This document shows positions 10,606-20,000 of a DNA stretch of 20,000 nt, piece by piece; the stretch's first letter is position 1, and the number at the start of each line of letters is the position of its first letter. The notes beneath the pieces are model-generated. The model worked only from the letters and a program-made list of their open reading frames with translations. It searched no databases and was not told where the DNA came from. The translations under genes were made by a program, and so were the position numbers. The stretch spans positions 357,851 to 377,850 of the forward strand of contig JAMDHS010000008.1 of assembly GCA_029717555.1 (NCBI GenBank), in the 5' to 3' direction. This DNA is from Peribolospora baueri (Eukaryota).

Positions 10606-10996
10606 CGCGTGGACTTGTCGATCATTTGGATTTTTCTGGCGCTCTCTGGACGGAACACTACACTTTCTTCTCCTTCCCTCCTCCCTTTCTTTCCGTATAC
10701 CCAAGTGCGCACGTCTACTGGTACCCCGCACGTCCATGCGCCACTCCTCTCTTGCTGTGTCCATCTCTTATCCGTATACGTCCCTAGGCTACTTGTCTTC
10801 CCTCAATATGTACGATCAATTCCCTACGATTTCTCCTCTGGCCCTCGAGGTCAGTGCTCAAGAGACTCTCCCAACCGCAAAGTCGTTCACCTGCCTGTGG
10901 CTCGTCATCCATTAAACGTGGCCGAACTATTTTACGAGAGTATGTCTGGCGAGAGAGGGCCATCCGACTCCAAACGCCCAACGAGTGAGGTGGGAA

Positions 10997-11377
10997 TCAG
11001 GAATGACCCCGTTGCTGTTGCTGCTGCTGCTCCGCCTGTGCAAGCGTTCGTCTTTGCCGCTCTTCCAACACGCGGCGCTTGTTGAAGTAGTCCACCTACA
11101 CGTTCGAATCCGTCCAAGGAATGAGGCACGCAAGAAAGTGGAAGGGTTCGGTGATATATTCCATTCTTTTTTTTATTTCCCCCCTCCCACTCACCCAGCT
11201 CTTAGCACAGTTCCGCTCGTACATCCCCCTCTCGTCCTTGCACACGCCTTCCTTCTCCGCCTGCTCCGCCGCGAGGATGCCACGCTTGTCCAGACAAGAA
11301 AAGAACGCATCCCGCGCATCCCAGCAGGCTTGGCGGGAGGTGCGGGTGGGGGCGCCTGTCGTGTCTGTTGCAGACAT
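10997..11377 (-). CDS. COA6: Cytochrome c oxidase assembly factor 6 (Coa6; COX6B family, CX9C-CX10C), 93 aa. complement(join(10997..11095,11195..11377))
   Basis: Translation: RTSRQACWDARDAFFSCLD...CKDERGMYERNCAKSW|VDYFNKRRV, giving CX9C and CX10C with the SWVxYF motif typical of Coa6. The 99-nt phase-0 intron is GTGAGT...TAG. There is a short poly-Q near the C-terminus. Confidence 0.88.
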
Positions 11378-11663
11378 GTTCGCAGTGAGATGGAGGCCGG
11401 TCGGTGGTGGTGAGTTGGGAAGGATAGAAGACGTTCGAGGTCGGAGAATGGCGGAGGTGAATCCAAATCTGATCGGCCGAGAGTTGCCGCAGCCACGCCC
11501 GTTTCAAAATTCGCTCGTGGGTTAATCCGAGATTTCGTCTGCCGAAACAAGTCATACGAATCGTCCCCATCCTTCGTCCCTCCCATCTTCTATCGCCTTT
11601 CTTCGTTGCGCAAAGCTCTCCCACCTCATCCCACCTCGGTCGACCCGGCTCCACCAAGCAAGC

Positions 11664-14437
11664 ATGGCGCTGCGGACCCTCCCACCAGGCCGTCTTCCGG
11701 CCCGACGCTCCCGCCTTCTTTCTTTCGCGCACACTCGTTCGACCGCCCTGCCTTCCTTTGCCCTCTCCCCCACACGACGATCCTTCGCCACGGAGGCCGC
11801 CTCGTCCTCATCGACATGGGCGTCGGACCGGCCTCAAACGTTCGTCGAAAAGGTGGTGCAACGCTACGCCGTCGGCGTCCCCAAGGGCAAGAAGGTCCTC
11901 GCTGGGGACTACGCCATGATCCGGCCACAGCATATGCTCACTCACGTGAGACGCCTTTCCGGCCCTGTTATGTCTTCCTTCTTTCTTCGCCCTGTACCTG
12001 CGCTGACCGCTTTGATCGCTCGGGCCCCTGCGCTTGTGAACGTGTAGGACAACACCGGCCCAGTCATTTCCAAGTGAGAAGCAGGCTTGGTCGTCGAAAA
12101 ATAGCGACCATACGTGCCCATCCGAGCTCAACGGAACCCATCCCGCCCTTGTCCTCCCCGGTTTCGCCCCACAGATTCCGCTCCATCGGCGCAACCAGAG
12201 TTCACGACCCGCGCCAACCAGTGTTCGCGATCGACCACGACGTGCAGAACAAGTCGGAGAAGAATCTCACAAAGTACGCCAACATTGCCCGATTCGCCAA
12301 GGAGCACGGCATCGACCACTACCCGCCTGGGCTGGGCATCGGCCATCAGGTGAGATGACGGGCGACGGCGGGAGTGACACTCTGGACGTGTGGGCCGACC
12401 GGACTGGGTTTGGCTGACTTTGCCCGAACGGTTCGGTGGGCTGGCCACAGACTATGATCGAGCAGGGCTACGCTTTCCCTCAAACTCTGACCGTCGCCAG
12501 CGATAGTCATTCTAACATGTGTAAGCGCGTGCCCTCCTGTCCCCCCAAAGATCATGCGGGCCATTGACGTCCGATTTGGGTTTTTTTGTTCAGACGGCGG
12601 CGTTGGATGTGTCGGCACGCCGCTCGTCCGAACGGACGGCGCAGCGGTGTGGGCGACGGGGCAGACGTGGTGGCAGATCCCTCCGGTGGTCAAGGTGGAG
12701 CTATCGGGCAAGCTGGCTCCGGGCGTGACGGGCAAGGACGTGATCGTGGCTCTCTGTGGCTCGTTCAACAAGGACGAGGTGCTGAACTGCGCGATCGAGT
12801 TCACCGGCTCAGGCATCTCGTCGTTGAGCGTCGACGAGCGTCTGGCGATCGCCAACATGACGACGGAGTGGGGCGCGCTGGCGGGCGTGTTTCCCGTCGA
12901 TGACGTGCTCCTCTCGTGGTACGAGCAACTGATCCGCAAGACCGAGTTGCGAGAGGGGCCGAAGCACCCGCGAATCAACGCGAAACGGCTGGACGCCGTG
13001 GCGGCGAGCCCGGTGCGAGCGGACGATGGCGCGTTCTACTCCAAGCACCTCGTCCTGGACCTCTCGACGCTGGTGCCACACGTCAGCGGTCCGAACACGG
13101 TCAAGATCTCCACGGCACTACCCGAGCTGGCGATGCGGAAGATTAGCATCAACAAGGCGTACCTCGTGTCGTGCGTCAACTCTCGGGCGTCGGACCTTAA
13201 GGCGGCGGCGGAGGTGATTCGGGGGAAGAAGGTGGCGGAGGGAGTGGAATTCTACGTGGCGCCGGCGAGCATGAACGTCCAGCGCGAGGCCGAGGCGTCA
13301 GGCGACTGGGCGGCGTTGCTGGAAGCTGGGGCGAAGGCTCTACCGGCCGGCTGTGGGCCGTGCATCGGACTGGGCGCGGGCCTTTTGGAGGATGGCGAGG
13401 TGGGGATTAGTGCGACGAACCGGAACTACAAGGGTCGGATGGGGAGCTCCAAGGCGGAGGCGTACCTCGCCTCGCCCGCCGTCGTGGCCGCTTCGGCCGT
13501 CGAGGGCCGCATCTGCGGTCCGGCCGAGCTGGACGCGGCGTCGTCGTCGTCGTCGTCCGACGGGCCGGTCTTCTCCATCACTTACAACCGTCCCCCCAAA
13601 GTCGACGAGAACGGCGGCGCGGCGGCGGCAGCGGCGGCGGTGGCTGGCGGCGGGGAGGAACTGTTGCGAGGCTTCCCGACCGCCTTCTCGGGTCCGCTCA
13701 TCTTTGCGCCGCAGGACAACTTGAATACCGATGGTATCTATCCCGGTGAGTCGCCCCGTCGTCCACGAGTTTCTCTGTTGTTTTCTTTTTTTTTCTTCTT
13801 TTCTTCCCACTCGCTCACACGATCCGTCCTCGCATCGCATCGTATCCTCGGTCTGGCAGGCAAGTACACGTATCAGGACGACATCACGGCGGAGAAGCAA
13901 GCGGAGGTGGTGATGGAGAATTACGACGCCAAGTTTGCCGGGACGGTGAAGTCGATGGTCGGCTCGCTTCGCGGCGCCGACGCCGACGCAAGTGGGACGC
14001 GATCCGGCGTGGTGCTGGTAGGAGGGTACAACTTTGGAACGGGCTCGTCGCGGGAGCAGGCGGCGACGGCGTTGAAGCATGCTGGCGTGCCGGTCGTGCT
14101 GGCCGGCAGCTTTGGAGACATTTTCAAGCGTAACGCGATCAACAATGGGTTGATCTGCGTCGAGTGCCCGGAGTTGGTGGAAGACCTGACGCGGGAGTTT
14201 GCGAGGGATGGGGAGAGGGGGAAGGGGGGTAAGCGGGAGGGGGAGATGAGTGTGGTGACGGGGTGGGAGGTGCGCTTCGGCAGCGCGGACGGCGCGGTGG
14301 AGGTGAAGAAGAAGGAGGGCGAGAAGGCGACGACGAGGTATGGGAGCCGTCCGATTGGGGCGAGCGTGCAAGAGCTCTGGTTGGCCGGCGGGCTGGAGGG
14401 ATGGGTGAAGGAGAGGATAGGCGAGGAGCGCTCGTAG
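11664..14437 (+). CDS. LYS4: Homoaconitase, mitochondrial (alpha-aminoadipate lysine pathway), 760 aa. join(11664..11945,12048..12073,12175..12349,12451..12520,12594..13745,13860..14437)
   Basis: Motifs seen: [48 protein letters not shown], [4Fe-4S] ligands LVSCVNSR and [52 protein letters not shown]. Five GT-AG introns give an in-frame 2283-nt CDS. The N-terminus is Arg/Ser-rich like a presequence. Confidence 0.95.
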
Positions 14438-15468
14438 TAGGCGTTCTTTTCGTTTCTCTCTCTTTTTCTCTTTTCGATCTTCCTTTCCCTCCCTCGCCTT
14501 GTTCCTTTCGCTCTCGCTTTGCTTTCGCTTTTGTTCTCGCGCGTCATCGTTGCGTGGATGGGCGATGGAATAGATAGATAGACGGCTAGACGAGAGAAAC
14601 AATGAATCGGCCTGTCTGTCTGCGTTGCTCGAGTGTGTGAGCCAAGTCGACCGGGTCGGTCGGTCGGTGGATGGAGGGGCGACGGGGGTGATGGGGGGAC
14701 ATTCGCGGACTGGGGTGAGTATTTCGACGACGCGGTCGATGATCGATCGACGGGCGGACGGGCGCGGCGTTGACGGGACGTGACCAGCTGGAGGGAGTGC
14801 AGAGGCCGAGGCCGGCGGTGGACGCATGTGGGATGGAAAACGCGGGCCGGCGATGGTGGAGGAGCAGGAACTAGCGCGGGCGGCGCTGCACAGGCCGCGG
14901 ACGCGACTGCGGGCGGCGTAGGTCCAATGGCCTCGCTGGTGGGCGTGCGTCATCGTGGCGATCGCCGCGTATGAGCGCATGTGCGTATCAGCACTCGCTT
15001 GTCAGCCAGGTCCAGGCCGGCGCAAGGCGCTCGACATTGCTGGGCGGTCGCCGCTCGCTGCGGACGGTCGGACGTCATCGTCGTCCTCGCCGCCGGTCAC
15101 GTGGCGGCGCCGGCGTGCGGATGACAAAGACAAGATGAGACAAGACGAGATGAGCGTGTGAGAGTAGAAAGGCGAGCCGAACACCGAACAACCGCTGGTT
15201 GAACATGTGCCATGCTAGCGTGCCTGTCAGCTGCTTCTGCCGTGCGGGGCAAGCGGAGGGCGGAGGCGCATTGGACGGACGGGTGGATGGAGGTGGAAGG
15301 ATGCATAGATGGGGACGATGATGAAGACGATGATGAGGAAAAGGAGGAGGAAAAGGGATGGATTGGATGGACATATATATCATTCGCCATCCACCCCTCA
15401 AAACTCTCCTCCGCCGTCCCCTCCCTCCCCAGACGAGACGAGACGAGGCGCGACGCGACGGCGCTCGT

Positions 15469-15518
15469 CTTGCTTAGCTTGCTTAATTGCTTGCTTGCTT
15501 AATCGCTTGCTTGCTTGC
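15469..15518. repeat. Imperfect (GCTT)n microsatellite directly upstream of the arrestin-like start codon
   Basis: cttgcttagcttgcttaattgcttgcttgcttaatcgcttgcttgcttgc; an (AGACG)3 tract lies at 15431-15445. Confidence 0.8.
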
Positions 15519-15527
15519 GTCATAGTC

Positions 15528-18263
15528 ATGCCTCTCTACTTCCCCGTCGCTTTCGCCAGCGCCGGCCGCTCCAACGTCGCCCTCCCCCGTCTCGCCCCTT
15601 TCTCTCGCCCCAAGCACTTTCACGTCCGCCGCCTTTCCCTCTCCCTCTCCGTCTCCTCCGACGCTCGAGGCAGGTCCTCTTCCAACGCCGAGCCAGCGTC
15701 ACCCACACCACCGCCCTCGCCACCACCGACAACGACGACGGCGACAGCGCTTCCTCCATCGCTGCCCTCCGCGGACCGCCCTGGTGTCCAAGTGCTCTTC
15801 GACTCACACCGCACCTATCGCCCCGGAGACACGGTCGCAGGCTTGATCCGGCTGCCCCACGACGCGCTCGTCGGCGACGATGCCATCAAGCGCATCTTTG
15901 TCACCGTCAGAGGCGAGATGAAGTGGTCAGTCGTCGCTTTGTCCCTTCTTGACCCCTTCCTCGACCGCTGATCCATCGACCCCCGCCACCTCCCGGTTCG
16001 CAGCACCTACCTCGCTCCCTCTCGTCCCGCCCCAGGCACCGACGGCCTAGGCCTCCCCACAGACGCCGTCGTCGTCTCCTCCCTCGACCCCTCCTCCTGT
16101 GTCCACCGACACCTCACCACCCGCTTCCTCGACCTCGGCTGGCAGAGTGTCTTCAGCTCCCGCGCCTTGCTCATTCCGCCCCCCTCTTCCTCCCCCAACT
16201 CGCCCGCTGACGCCGACGACGAGCGTGCGCCCCCGCCGGACACGCACTTCGACCACGCCTGGGCCGACCTACCTCCTGGCGAGACGCCCATGCAGGCCGG
16301 ACGAGGCCCCGGCGGCGGCGGCTTCGCGCAAAGAAGCAACGACCGACTACTGCCGTTCGCTTTTACCTTTCCCGATCGACTGCCGCTCGACAGCTTTGAC
16401 CTCTTGCCTCCCGGCGCTCGACCCGATCCCTCTTCCTCCCACCTTACCGTCTCGCCGCCGCCGACCTTTTCCACCGTCCCTCGTCCCAACAGCCCCACCG
16501 ACGACACCACGCACCGACACGACGGACGGAGCAGGGGAAAGGTGGAGATGGACTACCGCGTCGAAGTGTCCATCATGCGGAACCCGACCGAGGCTGAGCG
16601 GAGAAGGGGAAAGAAGCGCAGGGAGGAGCGCATCAAGATTCCCTTTGTTGTCGTCTCCGTTCCCGTTCCCGCCGCTCCATGCCCCGACCAGCTGCGACAG
16701 GCGAGGCCTACGCAGACGCAGGCGCGGATCGATGCTACGCCCCCGTTCCCGGAAAAGCGACGGCATTCCGAGGCCGCTTCTCCATCCCTTTGGCCTGCTT
16801 CTCCATCCCCGTCTTCGTCCGCCGTCGCCCGTCCAAGCTCGGACGTGAGACGAGGGGCGACCGAGGTCGTGGACAAGGAGCTTGCCCAAGGGGAGACGAT
16901 CCGCATGGAAGTGAGATTGACTTTTTCTTTCGTTTTCTTCATCTCCCCTCTCACGCCGCTCACGCTCGTCATCCCCCCTCCGCCCCCCCCCCCCGGGCAG
17001 ATCTGCATGCCGAGCCAGCCGGACCTATCCATCTGCTCTTCGCACCCACATTCCCCCTTTCCGGCCACATCACGAGCCGTTCCGCTGACTGTCAAGACCT
17101 CCTCCTCCTTTCCCTTCTTTGTCTCCGCCTCCGCCTCCCCCCCGATCACCGTTCACGGACGATCGCGAGTAGACCTCCTACGCTCTACAACCGTCCACGT
17201 GCCTATCCTCACCTCGGCCGATCAGCTCAAGTACCGCGCCGAGCACGCTATCGAGAGTGACGTCGTGGTGCGCGAGGACGTCGCGGTGCTCGAAAACGTC
17301 GTCGTCGCCAACGGCCCACTGTCCGCGAGGCGGGCCAGTCATCCAGCCGTCCCGCTCGAGTCCGCGTCCGCTCGGCAGGAGACGGAGTGGACCGGCCTCA
17401 TCGTCCTCTCCGACTGCGAGCGCGAGCGCGAGAACGACCACCGTCCGCCGCCGCCGACGACGACGACGGCGACGACAACAACAACGCTCACGCCATCTTG
17501 GAGCGCCGGCGCCGTCCGCGTCGAGTACCGCCTTCGCGTGCGCACGCCCTTCCGTCGCCATGCCCGCCTCGGCTTCGGCCTCGGCCTCGGCGCCTCCTTT
17601 TCTCGTCCTTCTCTTTCTTTTTTTGACAACGATGACGACACGCCCCTGAGGCACAGCTCGTCGTCCGATAGGGACGCGGCGGCGGAAGCGACGGATGTCG
17701 TGACGAGCGGAACCCGGCGGACTGGCAGCGGCGCCCGCAGCCAGCGCGCTCGCTCTCTGCTCAAAACGCGAGACGCGCTAGCTAGGGCCGCCAGGGCCGT
17801 CGTCCGTCCTCGGTCTCGGTCGCTCTCGCCTCCTCCGCCGCGCCCTGCCTCGGCGTTCGCGTGCGCCGGCGCCGGCGCCGCGCCCCAGTCGTCTCCTAGG
17901 TGTGCTTCTCATTCCCCGCGCCAGCAGGAGCCTCATCCTCACCCTCAGCTTCAGCTTCATCAGCGGCCGGCGGAGGAGGAGGAGGACGAAAGGATGATCG
18001 AGTGGATCGAGTGGACGTCCGGCCCTGTCAACCTCCTCGCCGCCCCGCCTCTCGTGTCGCCCGCGTCGTGGGCTTCCTGGACGGACGTTCGGTTTGGAGA
18101 CGAAGAGGACGATGATGATGATGATCACGATGATGATGATGATGACGACGACGACAACGACGACAACAACGACAACAACAACGACAGTAATGATGACGGC
18201 GATGATGAGCGGGCGGAGGAGGAGGAGGCGGGCGCGGAGAGGCCTCCGAGGTACACCGCTTGA
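15528..18263 (+). CDS. Divergent alpha-arrestin-like (ART-type Rsp5/Nedd4 adaptor) protein, about 855 aa. join(15528..15925,16004..16910,17001..18263)
   Basis: Arrestin-N-like strands VQVLFDSHRTYRPGDTVAGLIRL, IKRIFVTVRGEMKC, LPFAFTFP and GKVEMDYRVEVSIMR; arrestin-C-like LTPSWSAGAVRVEYRLRV; C-terminal PPRY (PPxY) at 18243-18254. Introns 15926..16003 (GTCAGT...CAG) and 16911..17000 (GTGAGA...CAG) keep the frame. Large low-complexity insertions make the family call an inference. Confidence 0.7.
18099..18225 (+). repeat. Coding trinucleotide repeat (GAT/GAC/AAC, then GAG) encoding a poly-Asp/Asn/Glu tract
   Basis: Translates to DEEDDDDDDHDDDDDDDDDNDDNNDNNNDSNDDGDDERAEEEE in the arrestin-like frame. 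Confidence 0.85.
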
Positions 18264-18439
18264 ATTTGCTCCCCTTCGTCCTTCGTCCTTCGTCCTTCTT
18301 CCTTCTTCCTGCCTGCTTGCCTACATGCCTTGCTTTCTTGATCGGCCTGCAGAAAAGTCAGGCTCTCCAAGATACCCTCCCAGTGTCTTGCCCCCATCAT
18401 ACCCGTTTCCTTTCCTTTCCCCTCCCTTGCTCCTTCCTT

Positions 18440-18650
18440 TCCTCCCTCCCTCCGTGCGTCCGTCCGTCCGTCCCGCTCGCTCGCTCGCTCCCTTGCTTCT
18501 GCTTCGCCCGTCGTATGTACTGTATGTTGTGCGATACCCCTCGTTCCAGCCAGCCAGTCACTCAGCCAATCAGTCAGTCAGTCAGTTAGTCAGTCAGTTC
18601 AGCCGCCCCGGCGGGGCTTTTCTTGCATCCAGTCCAGTCCAGTCCAGTCC
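18440..18650. repeat. Cluster of short tandem repeats ((CCCT)n, (CCGT)n, (CGCT)n, (CAGT)n, (CAGTC)n) between the convergent arrestin-like and oxidoreductase genes
   Basis: Directly visible, e.g. ccgtccgtccgtcc, cgctcgctcgctcgct, cagtcagtcagtcagttagtcagtcagt, ccagtccagtccagtccagtcc. Confidence 0.8.
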
Positions 18651-18865
18651 ATTTTTTTTTTTCCATCTCAATCCGCTCCTAACCGGACACGAATTCGAAT
18701 CGAACCTTTTCGGTACGCACTCCGTACAGTGCCGCGCGTCATCGTCACGTTCCTTCCCATCCCATCCCACCCAGCCTCGTCTCCTTTCCGGACGCGGACC
18801 GACGCGCGAGCGGGCTTGAACGAACGAACGCCGCGGTCGGTCGGTCCGAGAGCAGCCAAGCTCGC

Positions 18866-20000
18866 TCAGTCGTCGATGACTGCGGATCGATCGATCGTCA
18901 AGGAGGGCAGGTGAGGAAAAACAAAGAAAAATGACGACGACGGAAGGGAGGAAGGGACGCAAAGCGAAGCGCGTCCGGATACGCCACTCCCCACTCACCG
19001 AATACGATCTTGCCCGTGTTTCGGTTCGCTTCCATCTCCTTGTGAGCCGCCGTCGCTTCCTTCCAGGAGTACACCTGGCGAGGGAAGCAAAAAAGAGACG
19101 GATCGCAGATAAGGATGATTGACGAACGACAACGAGCATCCGGACCGGCGCACCTTGTGGATCTGCACCACGAACCCGGACCCCCCGGCGGACCCGTGGA
19201 CGATCCGATCGAGCAGTCCGTCGCGCAAGAAGCCCTGCACGAGGTTCGACTGGTACTCGACGGTCCTGCTCCGTAGCGTGCTCCCCTCGATGCGCAGGCG
19301 CTTGAAAAGGATCGGAGAGATGTCCAGCGGGGCCGTGTCCGGCGCCGTTGGCACGAGCATGCCCCCCAGAGCGCCTTGGAGGACCAGCACGCCGTCTCGG
19401 CCCAGGCTGGCAATGTTGGGTTTGAAGTAGGGCCTGCACGGGGGCGAAGAGAAGAGGGACGAGGATGGGCCGCCGCCGGCGGCGAGCGAGGAGTGAGTGA
19501 CCGGTGTGGACTCGGGCAACCAAGCTGGCATGACCGCGTGAGGCTTCTGCTCACCCGCCAATAAAGTCTTGAATAAAGTTGACTCCAGCACCGTTCGTGA
19601 TCTTCTTCACCTGGTGTCCGTGCCGAGATGGACGCGGGCGGAGGCGGGGATTCAGCTTCGTCGGCCGAACGGACGGCTTCAGCATACTCGTAGCGCTCAC
19701 CTCCTCCTCGAACTTCTTCGTCTTGTAATTGACAGCCGTCGCGCCGAGCGACTCGACAAACTTTGCCTTCTCCTCCGTTCCACAAGTGCCGATGACCGTC
19801 TTGGCGCCGAGGATACGAGCGAGCTGGATGGAAGCGAGACCGACGCCAGAGGCGGCTGCATGGATGCTGCAGAGGCCCGGAAGAGCCGCACCGGCTCCGG
19901 CATGATTGGCGGCAGTGTGAACGGCGGCGGTGGCTTGGGCAGGTCGAGCGATCCACTACTCGGGCAGATTCTTGGCATGGCCGTCGCTAACGGCTCCACC
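18866..20000 (-). CDS. NADPH:quinone oxidoreductase (PIG3/zeta-crystallin-like, MDR superfamily), 5'-partial. complement(join(18866..18879,18999..19074,19154..19433,19555..19610,19701..19866)); 19867-20000 is presumed intronic
   Basis: Spliced translation IHAAASGVGLASIQLARILGAKTVIGTCGTEEKAKFVESLGATAVNYKTKKFEEE|VKKITNGAGVNFIQDFIGG|PYFKPNIASLGRDG...ILFKRLRIEGSTLRSR...|VYSWKEATAAHKEMEANRNTGKIVF|VIDD*. It has the AxxGVG NADPH-binding motif and the GSTLRSR and GKIV signatures of PIG3-like QORs. All junctions are GT-AG and in phase. Confidence 0.9.

Noticed and set aside
13340..14980. 546-aa minus-strand ORF overlapping LYS4
   Set aside because: It is an antisense shadow of GC-rich coding sequence plus low-complexity UTR. 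It is Arg/His/Leu-rich with no recognisable domain.
15212..15502. 96-aa ORF with an acidic run upstream of the arrestin-like gene
   Set aside because: It is explained by (GAT)/(GAG)/(GGAT)/(GCTT) microsatellites in promoter DNA, with no coding signature.
18094..18819. 241-aa ORF with poly-Met/poly-Thr, and the tandem repeats as a possible CRISPR-like or telomeric array
   Set aside because: The ORF is an off-frame reading of the Asp/Asn triplet repeat. The repeats are 3-5 nt microsatellites with no spacers and no TTAGGG-type arrays.
2911..20000. Whole region as a secondary-metabolite or novel pathway cluster (acyltransferase + hydroxylase + aconitase + reductase)
   Set aside because: The enzymes match primary-metabolism clades (Cys2, Lys4 with presequences) and are interspersed with ARL1 and COA6. 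There is no backbone synthase, transporter or pathway-specific regulator. Conserved synteny in distant taxa would be needed to revive the idea.

Overview
GC-rich, intron-containing eukaryotic DNA with GTRAGT-type donors, CTGAC/CTAAC-like branch points and YAG acceptors; most introns are about 65-120 nt. This pattern fits a basidiomycete fungus (inference). Manual splicing gives nine protein genes, each with consistent reading phase: (1) the 3' end of a disordered protein, possibly an Nvj2-like SMP protein (+); (2) a Cys2/CysA-type serine O-acyltransferase (-); (3) a fatty-acid-hydroxylase/sterol-desaturase family di-iron enzyme (+); (4) a RING-H2-like plus ankyrin-repeat protein (-); (5) ARL1 (+); (6) COA6 (-); (7) homoaconitase LYS4 (+); (8) a divergent alpha-arrestin-like protein ending in PPRY (+); (9) the 3' part of a PIG3/zeta-crystallin-type NADPH:quinone oxidoreductase (-). 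I found no mobile elements, CRISPR arrays, tRNAs or rRNAs. This is mostly a housekeeping region, and I see no convincing new multi-gene system. The best leads are small-scale: a 17-bp helix that would mask the branch point of the oversized ARL1 intron 1, a RING finger with an atypical insertion or possible Cys-to-His ligand swap, twin CACGTG boxes in the CYS2/hydroxylase divergent promoter, and a possible decayed ORF at 1950-2741. All family calls come from motif recognition; no database search was run.
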